Below, piece by piece: positions 8,228-18,289 of a stretch of 64,000 nucleotides of DNA. Source of the DNA: an uncultured Clostridia bacterium (lineage in GTDB: Bacteria; Bacillota; Clostridia; Christensenellales; UBA1242); assembly GCA_944383685.1 (NCBI GenBank), contig CALWQM010000015.1, positions 57,570 to 121,569 on the forward strand. The letters are read 5' to 3'. The notes below the pieces were generated by a model. It did no database searches. It had not been told where the DNA came from and saw only the letters and a program-made list of their open reading frames with translations. The translations under genes were made by a program, and so were the position numbers. Position 1 is the stretch's first letter, and the number at the start of each line of letters is the position of its first letter.

Positions 8228-11200
8228 ATGAAAAAGTTGATAATTTGTTTATGCACTTTAATATGTGTTTTTTCAGCTGTTATTTTTGGTGGTTTAAATA
8301 GTGAAGATAATGTTGAAGAAAATTATGAAGTATCAACTTTAAGCCTTCCAAATGTAGCAAATGATTTATTTGAAAATAGAAGATTGACAAGTTTGCGAGG
8401 TGAGTCAATTGAAGAAGGAGATGGAACTGAAAAAAATCCATATATAATTACAACACCAGGGCAAATACTTGATCTAGCAAGAGGAAATTATTATAAACTT
8501 GGTGCAGACTTAAATTTTGGTATGTATGAATATAGACCAGATACTTTTAGGGATATTAATTTTGATGGAAATGGTTATTCCATAACAGGAGTTTTTATAG
8601 GGAGTGCTAATAATAATATTGGCTTTTTTAGAGAGCTTGAAGATTCTGTTATAACCAATTTACATGTAACTGGTGTTATTAGAGGAAGTGGAATTATTGG
8701 TGGTATCGCTGGAATAATCAGTGGCACACAATTGATAAATTGTTCATTTAGTGGCTATATATATGGAGAAGAATATGTTGGAGGGCTTGTTGGACAAGTT
8801 AATGACCCCGCAAGAAATAATAGTGAAATAATTAATTGTGCAAATAAGGCAAATGTTTATGGAGAAGGTGATTACATAGGAGGACTTGTTGGTGATGTTA
8901 CTGGAAGCACTACTGCTGCGTATGAAGCATTAATTTCAAATAGTTATAACATGGGAATTATACAAGGTGGACGAGTAAACATTGGTGGACTTGTTGGCAA
9001 TGCAAATAATACTATCGTTGAAAATTGTTACAATATTGGAACTATAAATGCACCTTGGTACACTCGAGCAGATGGAGCAATTGGTGGTATTATTGGACTT
9101 GCATATGAATGTGAATTTAGAAATGTTTATAATTATGGAACATTAAGTGTTATTGCTGCCATAGAAGCAGTTGGTGGATTTGTTGGTGTTGCCAAACGAG
9201 ATAATGTTTTTGAAAATTGTGTTAATTTTGCCGAAGTTTTTTGTAAGAATGAAATTTCACAAAGTGGTTTTGTTGGAGAGCTAGGTGCAAATAATACTTT
9301 TACAAATTGTTATTTTGGTGGAAAAAGCACTGCACAGTCAGCAAATGCAAATATTTCTATAAGTGAAATTATACGATTTGATGGTGAAATTAGGTATGGT
9401 GATAGAGCATTTTTTGAAGATTTGGGACTTGATACTTTTGTGGTTGACAGTGCAAATATGGGCTTGCCATATATTGAAGAAGCATCTGGATTAATGCCAC
9501 TTAGAACAACAGACGAACGAGAAGGAACTTGGATAAATTACATTCGTGATAATAGTTTATCAATGTCTGAGCATCCAACAGGAACAGGCACACAAGATGA
9601 CCCTATACTTATTGAAACTGCTAGGCAGTTAGCATTAATTGCAGCTGAAATAAGAGATGGAAATGATGAAATTGCAAGTTCTTATTTCAAACAAATGGCA
9701 GATATTGACTTGTCAGGATATTATTGGGAGCCTATGGATTTTTCAGGTGTTTATGATGGCAATGGCTATTTTATAACGGGTGTTTATGCAACTAGCGGTG
9801 GAGTGTTTGGTCGAGTAACGCAACCGAGAAGTGGTGAAATTGAATTGCCTATTATTCAAAATGTAAATGTTATGGGCGCTGTTTACACTGGCGATGGTGG
9901 GGGTGTTGTTAGAACTATTGATAATAGCTTTATAAATAAATGCACATTTCAAGGGCAATTTTTGACACATGATAATGGGGTAGGTGGAATTGTTTCAAGG
10001 GCTGCTGATAGCGATGTGGCATATTGTGAAAATTATGGGTTAATTTATAGCACGGGTGTTTCAGCAGGCATTGCTGCAAGAGCAAATGGCCCAAATAAAA
10101 ATATATATGGTTGTGCAAATTATGGTAGTGTTCTTTCCGATGGTCATTCAACTGGTGGAATTGTAGGAGCAAGTGGTGATGTAACAATTGAAAATTCGTA
10201 TAATATGGGCTTAATTCAAGGATTAGATGGTGTTGGAGGAATTGTTGGGGATACAGATGAAAACACCATTTTAACAAATGTTTATAATGGTGGAGATATT
10301 AGGGGAACAGCTTATAGAGGTATGTTTAGAGGTAATATGCTTGGCGGTCTTGTTGGAAGTGCTATGCATGAGATTTTGATTGAAAATAGTTTTAATGTAG
10401 GCAGTGTTATTGGCATAAATGATTATGGAGCATTTATTGGCAGAGATGATGCTGACAGTTCAATTGAAAATTCATATTATGGTGGAGATAGCCCAATGCA
10501 AGGAACCAACCTTGATGAAATGGCAGATTGCTATTTTGAAGACTTAGAAAGTGCAGTAAGAGATAAAAGCTTTTTAACTGAAACACTTGGCTGGGATAGT
10601 CGACTTTGGCAAACTTCAAGAGATATAAATGATAGTTTACCATCTTTACGGTATTTAGAACATCCAGAATGTTTTTATGGGATAATATATATTACAGGTG
10701 TTGATGATTGTAATTTTGTCATTGACTATTCTCCAAAGACAATTGTTGATATTGGCGTTGTAAACACAAGATATGAACTTGAAAGTTATAACACTGAGCC
10801 TGATGGCAGTGGAACTGAATATACAATAGGACAAGAATACCCAACAGATACACCCGGTTTGCAAGATCCAGATCTTCCACTGCTCAGTGGAAGCAAGTTG
10901 TTTTTAATGTAACTTTAAACCATGGCAACGGAACTGCAAATTCAACTATATATGTTTATTATGGAAAAGGTTTTTATTCAAATTCATCTGCAACAACTGC
11001 AATCACAAGCATAAATTTGCCAACAGAGATAACAGGGCAACATTTTGCTGGTTATTACACAAAAACAGGAGGAGCAGGTTTACAAATTATTGATGCAAGC
11101 GGAAAAATTGTTGGAAGTAACACTTTCACAAATGCAAATATAACTTTATATGCATATTGGGTATATAACTCATATAGTGTTAAGTTTAATGGAAATGGTG

Positions 11201-12147
11201 CAACAAGTGGAAGTATGACAAATCAAAGTTTTACTTATGGAATTACACAAGCATTAAAACAAAATTCGTTTGTTAAAACTGGATTTGATTTTATGGGTTG
11301 GTCAACATCAAGTTCAGGTAAGGTTGAATTTGCAAATGGGCAAACTGTTTCAAATTTAACTGCAACAAATGGTGCCACTGTTAATTTATATGCCGTTTGG
11401 GAAGCAAGAAATAAAGCTAAGTATGATGAGGATGGTGGCTATTGGTATGTTGAAATGGGAATGTTTCCACAATCACTTGTAACTAATGCTCCAGTTTCAA
11501 CATCGTCAGCAAAATCAGGAAGAACTTATCGAATTGGAAATGAAACATTAATTGGTTATAATGGTACTGATGGTAAGGAGTATTGCCAATATAATGGAAA
11601 TTGGTATTTAGTTGAACCTGTTAAATGGCGTCTTGAAGGGAACTATTCAAATGGTTACGGAATTGAAAATGGAAGTGTTATGGCAATAACTGCTGTTGTT
11701 GTTCATGCAAGTGCTTATTCAACTGATGAAATAAATACGGAAAATGGTTATGTTGATTCAGCATTTAACAATGAAACTTTTTATTTTGACAGTCATTTAT
11801 ATGAATGGTCTTCTGGGGAAACTGATTATTTGAATGTCAGTATTAAAAAAGTTAATTATTTTACACCAGATGGAACAATTTTACAAGATTATAAATTACT
11901 AGATATTTATCCATCTTCATTTGAAGAAATTGTAAATATTTTTGGAGAAAACTATAATATGCAATTCAGTGATTTAGTTACTGCTATTATTGGGAATATC
12001 TTAAAATATTGGGTAAGAGATTTTGGAAGTAATGTAAACACAGCACAGTGCTTAACAAATATGGGAAATGTATTGCAAAATTGCATGCAAAATATTTTAG
12101 GTGTTCAATATACTATTAATATTACAGAATTTGGATGCGAGAATTAA
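8228..12147 (+). pseudogene. Large secreted GLUG-repeat / Listeria-Bacteroides-repeat surface protein, interrupted by a frameshift
   Basis: ORF 8228..10912 carries a signal peptide and two ~330-aa modules rich in GG[LIF]VG repeats. The adjacent frame is open from 10819 to 12147. The F.GW/DGSGT.Y/..AQW repeat runs across the break (TAQWKQVVFNVTLNHGNG in the new frame), so this was one gene of about 1300 codons. Confidence 0.6.
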
Positions 12148-12161
12148 CATATATTTTAAGT

Positions 12162-12190
12162 AAAACACGGTATTTCCGTGTTTTATTATT
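12162..12190 (+). terminator. Intrinsic terminator after the surface protein gene
   Basis: AAAACACGG / CCGTGTTTT stem, 5-nt loop, T-rich tail. Confidence 0.7.
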
Positions 12191-12273
12191 GATATTTTTA
12201 ATTAGGTTTTAATATTCTTATTTATAAGGTTCTTAATTATAAAATTTAAGCATATTATGATAAGGGGCATATT

Positions 12274-12906
12274 ATGTTAGATTTTATTGTTGATAATTTT
12301 TCAAGTTGCGTGTTTTTGGCCGTTATCATTGTTGCGCTAATTCCAACAATTGAAAGCAAGATTGCGATACCGCTTGGTTTGTCCAGTGCAATTTGGGGAG
12401 ATGCGACACTTTCACCATTTGTGACATTTATTTGTGCTTTTGTTGGAAGTATGATTCCATGTTTCCTTGTTATTTATATTGTTAGAAAACTTAAAGATAA
12501 GACCAGTGGCTTTGTTCAAGACAAATTTATTTCCAAAATTCAAAACAAATATAAAAATAGATTGGAAAAAATAGGGGCTAAAAGCAAAACTTTTTACAAA
12601 CTCACAATGCTTGCAATGTTTGTTGCTGTGCCTTTGCCTTTGACTGGGGTGTATAGCGGAAGTTTGATTGCAGGACTTACCAATTTAAAAATGTGGCAAT
12701 GTTTTATTGCTATAATGGTTGGAGAATTAATATCTTGCCTTGTTATGCTGCTTCTTTGCACAATATTTGAAAATTCAACTTTATATATATTGATTGCTTC
12801 TCTTATTCTTATTGCTGTGTTTATTATCTTTGACCTTGTTTTTATGTTTATTAAAAAGCATATAAAAAAGAAAGACAGAACATCAACAATTATGGAAGTA
12901 AAATAA
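12274..12906 (+). CDS. Membrane protein, putative small multidrug export (Sm_multidrug_ex/COG2426-like) family
   Basis: 210-aa polytopic ORF. IESKIAIPLGL and VPLPLTGVYSGSLIAGL resemble the family motifs from memory. Confidence 0.55.
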   Translation: MLDFIVDNFSSCVFLAVIIVALIPTIESKIAIPLGLSSAIWGDATLSPFVTFICAFVGSMIPCFLVIYIVRKLKDKTSGFVQDKFISKIQNKYKNRLEKIGAKSKTFYKLTMLAMFVAVPLPLTGVYSGSLIAGLTNLKMWQCFIAIMVGELISCLVMLLLCTIFENSTLYILIASLILIAVFIIFDLVFMFIKKHIKKKDRTSTIMEVK

Positions 12907-13096
12907 AAAAAGAAAAGAGATATAGATAGTTAAAAAACTAAAAACCTCTTTTCTCATATAGGTCATTAAGCAAAGTATGTTTAAGAAAGAAATTAAAATT
13001 AAAACAGATTGATAAAAAACAATCATAATAATTTATCTTAAACGGTCACTTAAATAACCTATTTATATAGTGTGCCGGTTTAAAAAAAATATGCAA

Positions 13097-14836
13097 TTAT
13101 TTTGCATATTTTTTATAAACAAATTTTGTTAAATAATAATTGATTGGTAAAATCACAAGTAATGCATAAATTGGAACTAAAATTGAGGTTAAATATTGAA
13201 CCATTGTTTCTGCTTGCATGCCACAACAAATGTTAATAACAAAAACGATAACACTTGCCAAAATGAAGACGGCCCAATTAGTTATTGCATTATATCTTTG
13301 TGTTGCCTTTCGACTTACTGTGCATTTATATTGTATTAATGAGATAATAACATAAATTAAAAACAATGCTGGAATGGTGTAAAATAAGAAATTCGACGAA
13401 GCCATTAAATGATTTGTTCCGCTAATTATTCCGTAAAAAATAGCACAGCCTACACCAACTAATCCGAACAAAATTACTGAGATAATAAGATTTAAAAGAT
13501 TTGTGTTATGAACTCTTTGAACATAAGTCCTTTTATATTCTTTAAATTCAATTCCGCGTTCATGATAATAACCCTTCAATGATTCAAAATCTGCAAAGGA
13601 GACAACAGGCTGAGCTTTTTGAGCATAGTAGGTTGCTTTCTGTTCAACATTAGGAGAACTTTGAATTTGCTTACTTGCAATTTCCTTTTCCTTCTTCTTT
13701 TCGTTGATTTTTGACATCATGTCTGTATAAGTTGGTTCCAAATTTGAATCTCTTATCGGTGCAGGCAAGTTATCATCCGAAACATTGATTTCAATATTTG
13801 GAGGAGTGATTTTTCTTTGATATGGAATATGTTCATCAGCAATTTTTGGCTCGGTAATTAAAACTGCGTCATCTTTTTCTTCTACAATTTGTTTTTTATC
13901 TTCAAAAATTGGTGTTGAAACCCTATTGGTTTGTATGAACTGCGCTTCATTTTGTTGAGGTTTAAGATAAATTCCATCATCTTTATTTACTGAATTTTCA
14001 GTTTCTTCTTTTTTATTAAACAAATTTGCATAAACACTTCTATCAAAATTGTTTTGCTTTGTTTGGAGTATGGACTCTTTTAAGCTTTGAATTTTAGATT
14101 TAAAATCTTCATCATTTGGCTTTTGTTCATAAACAACTGACATTTCAATTTGATTGTCTGAAAAGCTTTTTCTATTCCTATATTTTTTTAATTCGCTTGA
14201 AGTGTCATACAATTTTTTGTTTTGCTCAATTTGATAAGGGGTGAGGGTTTCATTTTCGTTTAAAAATTTTGCATCATCCTTTTTAGGTTCTTCCTTTTCA
14301 AAACTGAAAACATCCTTATTGGCACTTTCTTGTTTTTCAGGTTGTTCATAAGAAAAGAAATCAATTTGGTTATCTGCAACTTCTGGTGTATCTTCTTTTG
14401 GAACTGGTTTTTCTTCTTGTTTAGGTTGTTTTGCATAATCAAACAAATTTTTTTGTTCCAGAAAGATTGGTTTATGTTCAAAATCACTCTCACTTGTTTC
14501 AATGTTAGTTTCAAATTCCACTTCTTTGTTTTCATCAGCAGAGAAAGAAATATTTTTAAATTCCTTAGCAAGCAAATTTAAACTTTCCTTTCCTTCATCT
14601 GTGAGGGCATAATAATGGCGTTTTCCACCAAATTCACTTTCTCCCCAAAAGGAAGAAGAAACAAGGCCTTTTTTTTCTAGTCTTGTTAAGCACGAATAAA
14701 GAGTCGGCTTTTTAAGGATATAGCCGCCATTTGTTTTTTTAGCAATAAATTCAATAATTTCCAAACCATATTTTGAACCGTCTGCAAGCGAATCAAGGAT
14801 AAGATATTGGACTTGACCATTGGAATTAAATGCCAT
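13097..14836 (-). CDS. PadR-family winged-helix regulator fused to a long low-complexity linker and a C-terminal 4-TM domain
   Basis: ATG at 14836 follows an AGGAGG SD. The N-terminus YLILDSLADGSKYGLEIIEFI...LYSCLTRLEKKGLV...KRHYYALTDEG is PadR-like. About 340 aa are E/K/Q/N-rich, then come four hydrophobic helices. Confidence 0.7.
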   Translation of the reverse strand: MAFNSNGQVQYLILDSLADGSKYGLEIIEFIAKKTNGGYILKKPTLYSCLTRLEKKGLVSSSFWGESEFGGKRHYYALTDEGKESLNLLAKEFKNISFSADENKEVEFETNIETSESDFEHKPIFLEQKNLFDYAKQPKQEEKPVPKEDTPEVADNQIDFFSYEQPEKQESANKDVFSFEKEEPKKDDAKFLNENETLTPYQIEQNKKLYDTSSELKKYRNRKSFSDNQIEMSVVYEQKPNDEDFKSKIQSLKESILQTKQNNFDRSVYANLFNKKEETENSVNKDDGIYLKPQQNEAQFIQTNRVSTPIFEDKKQIVEEKDDAVLITEPKIADEHIPYQRKITPPNIEINVSDDNLPAPIRDSNLEPTYTDMMSKINEKKKEKEIASKQIQSSPNVEQKATYYAQKAQPVVSFADFESLKGYYHERGIEFKEYKRTYVQRVHNTNLLNLIISVILFGLVGVGCAIFYGIISGTNHLMASSNFLFYTIPALFLIYVIISLIQYKCTVSRKATQRYNAITNWAVFILASVIVFVINICCGMQAETMVQYLTSILVPIYALLVILPINYYLTKFVYKKYAK

Positions 14837-14904
14837 ATTTCCTCCTAAACCCTTTCTTATAATTAAATTATAAATCTTATAAATATATTTGTCAAACAAA
14901 ATTT

Positions 14905-14965
14905 CATAGTATTATGCAAAAAATTTTAATTGCATAACACCACAATATATAGTGTAATATGCCAT
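14905..14965. repeat. Palindromic intergenic repeat family, copy A
   Basis: ATAGTATTATGCA...TGCATAACACCACAATATATAGTGTAATATGCCAT. The 14-mer CACAATATATAGTG (14941..14954) is identical to 55366..55379. Confidence 0.6.
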
Positions 14966-15037
14966 AAATTTTAACATATCTAGTCATATTAGAAAAATTA
15001 TCTATTTAGTTTATTGATTGATAATTTAAGTTTTTGT

Positions 15038-15066
15038 TTGCTTTTTATTTTGCATTGTGGTAAAAT
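15038..15066 (+). promoter_or_regulatory. Promoter of the DUF45 gene (near-leaderless)
   Basis: TTGCTT, 17-nt spacer, TGgTAAAAT (15058..15066), then 8 nt without an SD to the ATG at 15075. Confidence 0.45.
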
Positions 15067-15074
15067 AGCTAAGT

Positions 15075-15704
15075 ATGAATATTGAAATAATACGAGAAAA
15101 AAGAAAAACATTATTACTTAAAATTGTTGAAAATGGCAAAATTTTGATTAAAGCACCTTTAAGACTTAGTGATGCAAAAATCAATGAGTTTATTGCATCA
15201 AAGCAAAAGTGGCTTAATAGTAAATTTCAAAAAATGGAATCTCTTGATGAGTTTGCAAATTCATTTGATTTTGATAAATTTATTTACGAATTTGCTAAGC
15301 CTGTTATGGAAACAAAAAACATAAGCTTAGATTATGAAAGCTTAAATGATGCTAAGAAACTTAAAGCAATAAAAAAGCAATATCTTGAAATGTTCAACAC
15401 ACTTAAATTTAGGGCGTATGAGTTTGCAGAAAAATATGGCTTTAAAGTTGAACAAGTGTCTTATATGGCTTCAATATATAAGTGGGGTTCATTTAGCAAT
15501 AAAGGTGAAATGAAATTAAATTACAAACTTATCATTTTGCCACACGAGTTAATTGATTATGTTATCATTCATGAACTTTGTCACAGCAAACACATGAATC
15601 ATAAGCCTCAATTTTGGAAAGAGGTTGAAAAATTTTGTCCTAATTACAAAGATATGAGAAAAGAAATGAAGAATTATTCTTTCATTCTTAAAACTGATTT
15701 TTAA
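15075..15704 (+). CDS. YgjP-like (DUF45) zinc metallopeptidase
   Basis: WGSFSNKGEMKLNYKLIILPHELIDYVIIHELCHSKHMNHKPQFW contains HExxH in the typical DUF45 context. Confidence 0.75.
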   Translation: MNIEIIREKRKTLLLKIVENGKILIKAPLRLSDAKINEFIASKQKWLNSKFQKMESLDEFANSFDFDKFIYEFAKPVMETKNISLDYESLNDAKKLKAIKKQYLEMFNTLKFRAYEFAEKYGFKVEQVSYMASIYKWGSFSNKGEMKLNYKLIILPHELIDYVIIHELCHSKHMNHKPQFWKEVEKFCPNYKDMRKEMKNYSFILKTDF

Positions 15705-15727
15705 CAGGCAATGCCTGTTTTTTTATT
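15703..15727 (+). terminator. Intrinsic terminator after the DUF45 gene
   Basis: AACAGGC / GCCTGTT stem, 3-nt loop, T-run; overlaps the stop codon. Confidence 0.6.
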
Positions 15728-15907
15728 ACTTAATTGAGCCGCAAGTTTATGGTAAATTTTTGATTTAGAATTATAATTATATTAAAAATTTCTTAATGTT
15801 AATGTTTATCACTATGATAATTTTAATTTATCTTAATTTGCATTTAGTTTGTTTTAACCATTTAAGGTGTTTTACATAAAATAAAGAAAATTACAAATAA
15901 TAAAAAA

Positions 15908-17071
15908 ATGAAGCGAAAACAGTTTTGGATTTCATATATTTTTTTATGTTTGACATGCGTTCTTCTTATTGCTGTGCCAATTATAGACATTTTTCAAATT
16001 GAAGACAATTTTCTTGTTAATTATGAGGATGTTGCAGAAGCAAATGATAACCATTTGTTTGGCTCATATATCACAGGGGAACTTAGTCAAAAGCAATCGG
16101 TTGGAACAGAGAAGGTTAAGAATGGTGAAATGGTCTTTAAATTATTTGGTTTTATTCCAATCCGCAAAATATCTGTTGTTATGGCAGCAGAGGATGATTA
16201 TTATATTGGTGGAGTTCCTATTGGGCTTTCAATCACGGCAGATGGGGCAATTGTTATTAGTGACAACGGCAATGAAAGTATTAAAGAAGGGGATATTATC
16301 ACAAAAATTAATGGTGTTGCAATGAATGATATTGATGATATGCAAGAAGTTTTAAAAAAACAATATGAAGCAGAAGTCACATATCTTAGGAAAAATAAGG
16401 AGCTTAGGACACTTGTTAAAGTTTTAAAGGATAAACAAAACAAATATAAATTAGGGCTCACTGTGAAAGATAATATCACAGGCGTTGGCACTTTGACTTT
16501 TGTGAATAAAAACACAAATGAATATGGAGCACTTGGTCATGCCATTGTGGATGATGTGGGTGGGAACATTGTGCCTGTTTCAAATGGAAATGTTTACTCA
16601 TGCAATCTCATTGGGATAAACAAAGGACAAAAAAACAACCCTGGGCAACTTCGTTGTGTTTTTGTTCAAAATGGCAAAACAAAAGGGAGTATTGCAAGCA
16701 ACAGCAAATTTGGCATCAACGGAACACTGACCAATTTGGATGGGCTTGTTGATAAAAACTTAACTGCCAAAATTGGCGGTAGGCTTTCTGTGAAACCTGG
16801 AAAGGCTACAATTGTTTCAAATATAAGTGGAATTAAAGAAGAATATGAAATTGAAATCATCAAAGCGAACTATCAAAAAAAAGCAAATGATAAAAGCATT
16901 GTGTTTAGGGTGACGGATAAAAGACTTTTGAACTTAACAGGTGGAATTGTTCAAGGGATGAGTGGTTCTCCAATTATGCAAAATGGCAAAATTGTTGGAG
17001 CAGTAACACATGTTTTCCTTTCGGACCCAACAAAGGGATATGGGGTTTATTGTGACTTTATGCTTGATTAA
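15908..17071 (+). CDS. spoIVB: SpoIVB-type (S55) signalling serine peptidase with PDZ domain
   Basis: GVGTLTFVNKNTNEYGALGHAIVD (catalytic His context) and GMSGSPI (catalytic Ser context), with an N-terminal TM segment. Confidence 0.8.
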   Translation: MKRKQFWISYIFLCLTCVLLIAVPIIDIFQIEDNFLVNYEDVAEANDNHLFGSYITGELSQKQSVGTEKVKNGEMVFKLFGFIPIRKISVVMAAEDDYYIGGVPIGLSITADGAIVISDNGNESIKEGDIITKINGVAMNDIDDMQEVLKKQYEAEVTYLRKNKELRTLVKVLKDKQNKYKLGLTVKDNITGVGTLTFVNKNTNEYGALGHAIVDDVGGNIVPVSNGNVYSCNLIGINKGQKNNPGQLRCVFVQNGKTKGSIASNSKFGINGTLTNLDGLVDKNLTAKIGGRLSVKPGKATIVSNISGIKEEYEIEIIKANYQKKANDKSIVFRVTDKRLLNLTGGIVQGMSGSPIMQNGKIVGAVTHVFLSDPTKGYGVYCDFMLD

Positions 17072-17191
17072 TGTTTTAAAGGAAAATTATTTTATTAATT
17101 AGCAATTTTTCTTCAAGCCTTAAAGAAATATAAAGGGAAACTTGTCTTATAAATGTCCAATGTGATCGCTTTTAATATTTATTAAATTTCT

Positions 17192-17219
17192 TTGCGAAAA
17201 CAAAAAAATTTGATATAAT
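17192..17219 (+). promoter_or_regulatory. Promoter of the Xer recombinase gene (apparently leaderless)
   Basis: TTGCGA (17192..17197), 16-nt spacer, TGaTATAAT (17211..17219), then 6 nt (AAGAAC) to the ATG at 17226. No SD. Confidence 0.55.
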
Positions 17220-17225
17220 AAGAAC

Positions 17226-18272
17226 ATGAAAACTTTATCATACTTTGAAAAAAGGGACTTAGTCAATATGGAAAAAATTGGAAGTTATCTCAGCGAACTT
17301 CCAGAGTATTGTTATGACTTTTTCACAGGTATTGAAATTACCACTTCAAGTTTGACACGTTTGAATTATGCAATGGATTTATCCATCTTTTTTGACTATA
17401 TTTCAAAGTTCATTTTAAAAAAGGACAAAAAAGAAATCACATTAAAAGATTTGGACACTCTTGAAGCGAGAGATATTGAAAGTTATTTGTCATATCTCAC
17501 CTTTTATAAAGTTGATGATAAAGCTTTTAAAAATACAGAAAATGGGAAGGCAAGAAAACTTGCAAGTGTGAGAAGTTTTTTTAAATATCTTTTCAACCAT
17601 GATTTAATAAGCAAAAATGTTGTCAGCAAAGTTCCAACTCCAAAACTTCACAACAAGGGTATTATTAGGTTGGAGGGGAATGAAATTGAGAAAATGCTTG
17701 ATGCAGTGAATGACCCAACAACATTCACACAAAGACAGAAAAATTACAACAAAAACACAAGAATACGTGATAATGCTATTGTCACACTTTTTCTTGGAAC
17801 GGGCATAAGAGTTAGCGAGCTTGTTGGACTTAATGTGGAAGATTTTGATTTTTCACAAAATGCCTTTAAAGTGACAAGAAAAGGTGGAAATCAAACAATA
17901 CTTTACTATCCAAATGAAGTTAAGTACGCAGTTGAAGAATGGCTTACAATTCGCAAAACACTTCCAATAAATGAAGATGAGCACGCATTATTCCTTTCTT
18001 TGCAAAACAGGCGCATTTGCACAAGGGCGGTTGAAAATCTTGTGAAAAAGTTTGCAAGGGAAAGCACGCCACTGAAAAATATTTCACCTCACAAACTTCG
18101 TTCAACCTTTGGCACAAATTTGTATAGGGAAACAAATGACATCTATATTGTTGCTGATGTTTTGGGGCATAAGGATGTTAACACAACCAAAAAACACTAT
18201 GCGGCAATAAGTGAAGATATGCGTAAAGGTGTTGCCAAAAAGGTGAAAATTGGCAACAGCAATTTTGATTGA
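17226..18272 (+). CDS. Tyrosine site-specific recombinase, Xer family (XerS-like architecture)
   Basis: 348 aa. Catalytic-region motifs are GIRVSELVGL, VTRKGGN, HKLRSTFGTNLY and LGHKDVNTTKKHY (R..H-R-H..Y). The N-terminal half (LPEYCYDFF...SSLTRLNYAMDLSIFFDYI) resembles streptococcal XerS from memory. Confidence 0.75.
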   Translation: MKTLSYFEKRDLVNMEKIGSYLSELPEYCYDFFTGIEITTSSLTRLNYAMDLSIFFDYISKFILKKDKKEITLKDLDTLEARDIESYLSYLTFYKVDDKAFKNTENGKARKLASVRSFFKYLFNHDLISKNVVSKVPTPKLHNKGIIRLEGNEIEKMLDAVNDPTTFTQRQKNYNKNTRIRDNAIVTLFLGTGIRVSELVGLNVEDFDFSQNAFKVTRKGGNQTILYYPNEVKYAVEEWLTIRKTLPINEDEHALFLSLQNRRICTRAVENLVKKFARESTPLKNISPHKLRSTFGTNLYRETNDIYIVADVLGHKDVNTTKKHYAAISEDMRKGVAKKVKIGNSNFD

Positions 18273-18289
18273 TAAGTAAAGTTTGGAGT

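Noticed and set aside
10819-10912. Programmed ribosomal frameshift joining the two parts of the surface protein gene.
   Set aside because: There is no slippery heptamer, homopolymer or downstream stimulatory structure at the overlap. An indel or an assembly error is simpler.
14260-14581. ORFs on both strands (14260..14571 -, 14330..14581 +) inside the PadR-linker region.
   Set aside because: They are artefacts of the low-complexity, Lys/Glu-codon-rich linker sequence, nested in a longer ORF that has a clear SD and domains at both ends.
17186-17219. A complete difSL-like site directly upstream of the XerS-like gene, as in streptococci.
   Set aside because: Only one arm-like element (TTTGCGAAAA) is present. 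No inverted partner lies 6-8 bp away. It is kept only as a possible half-site.
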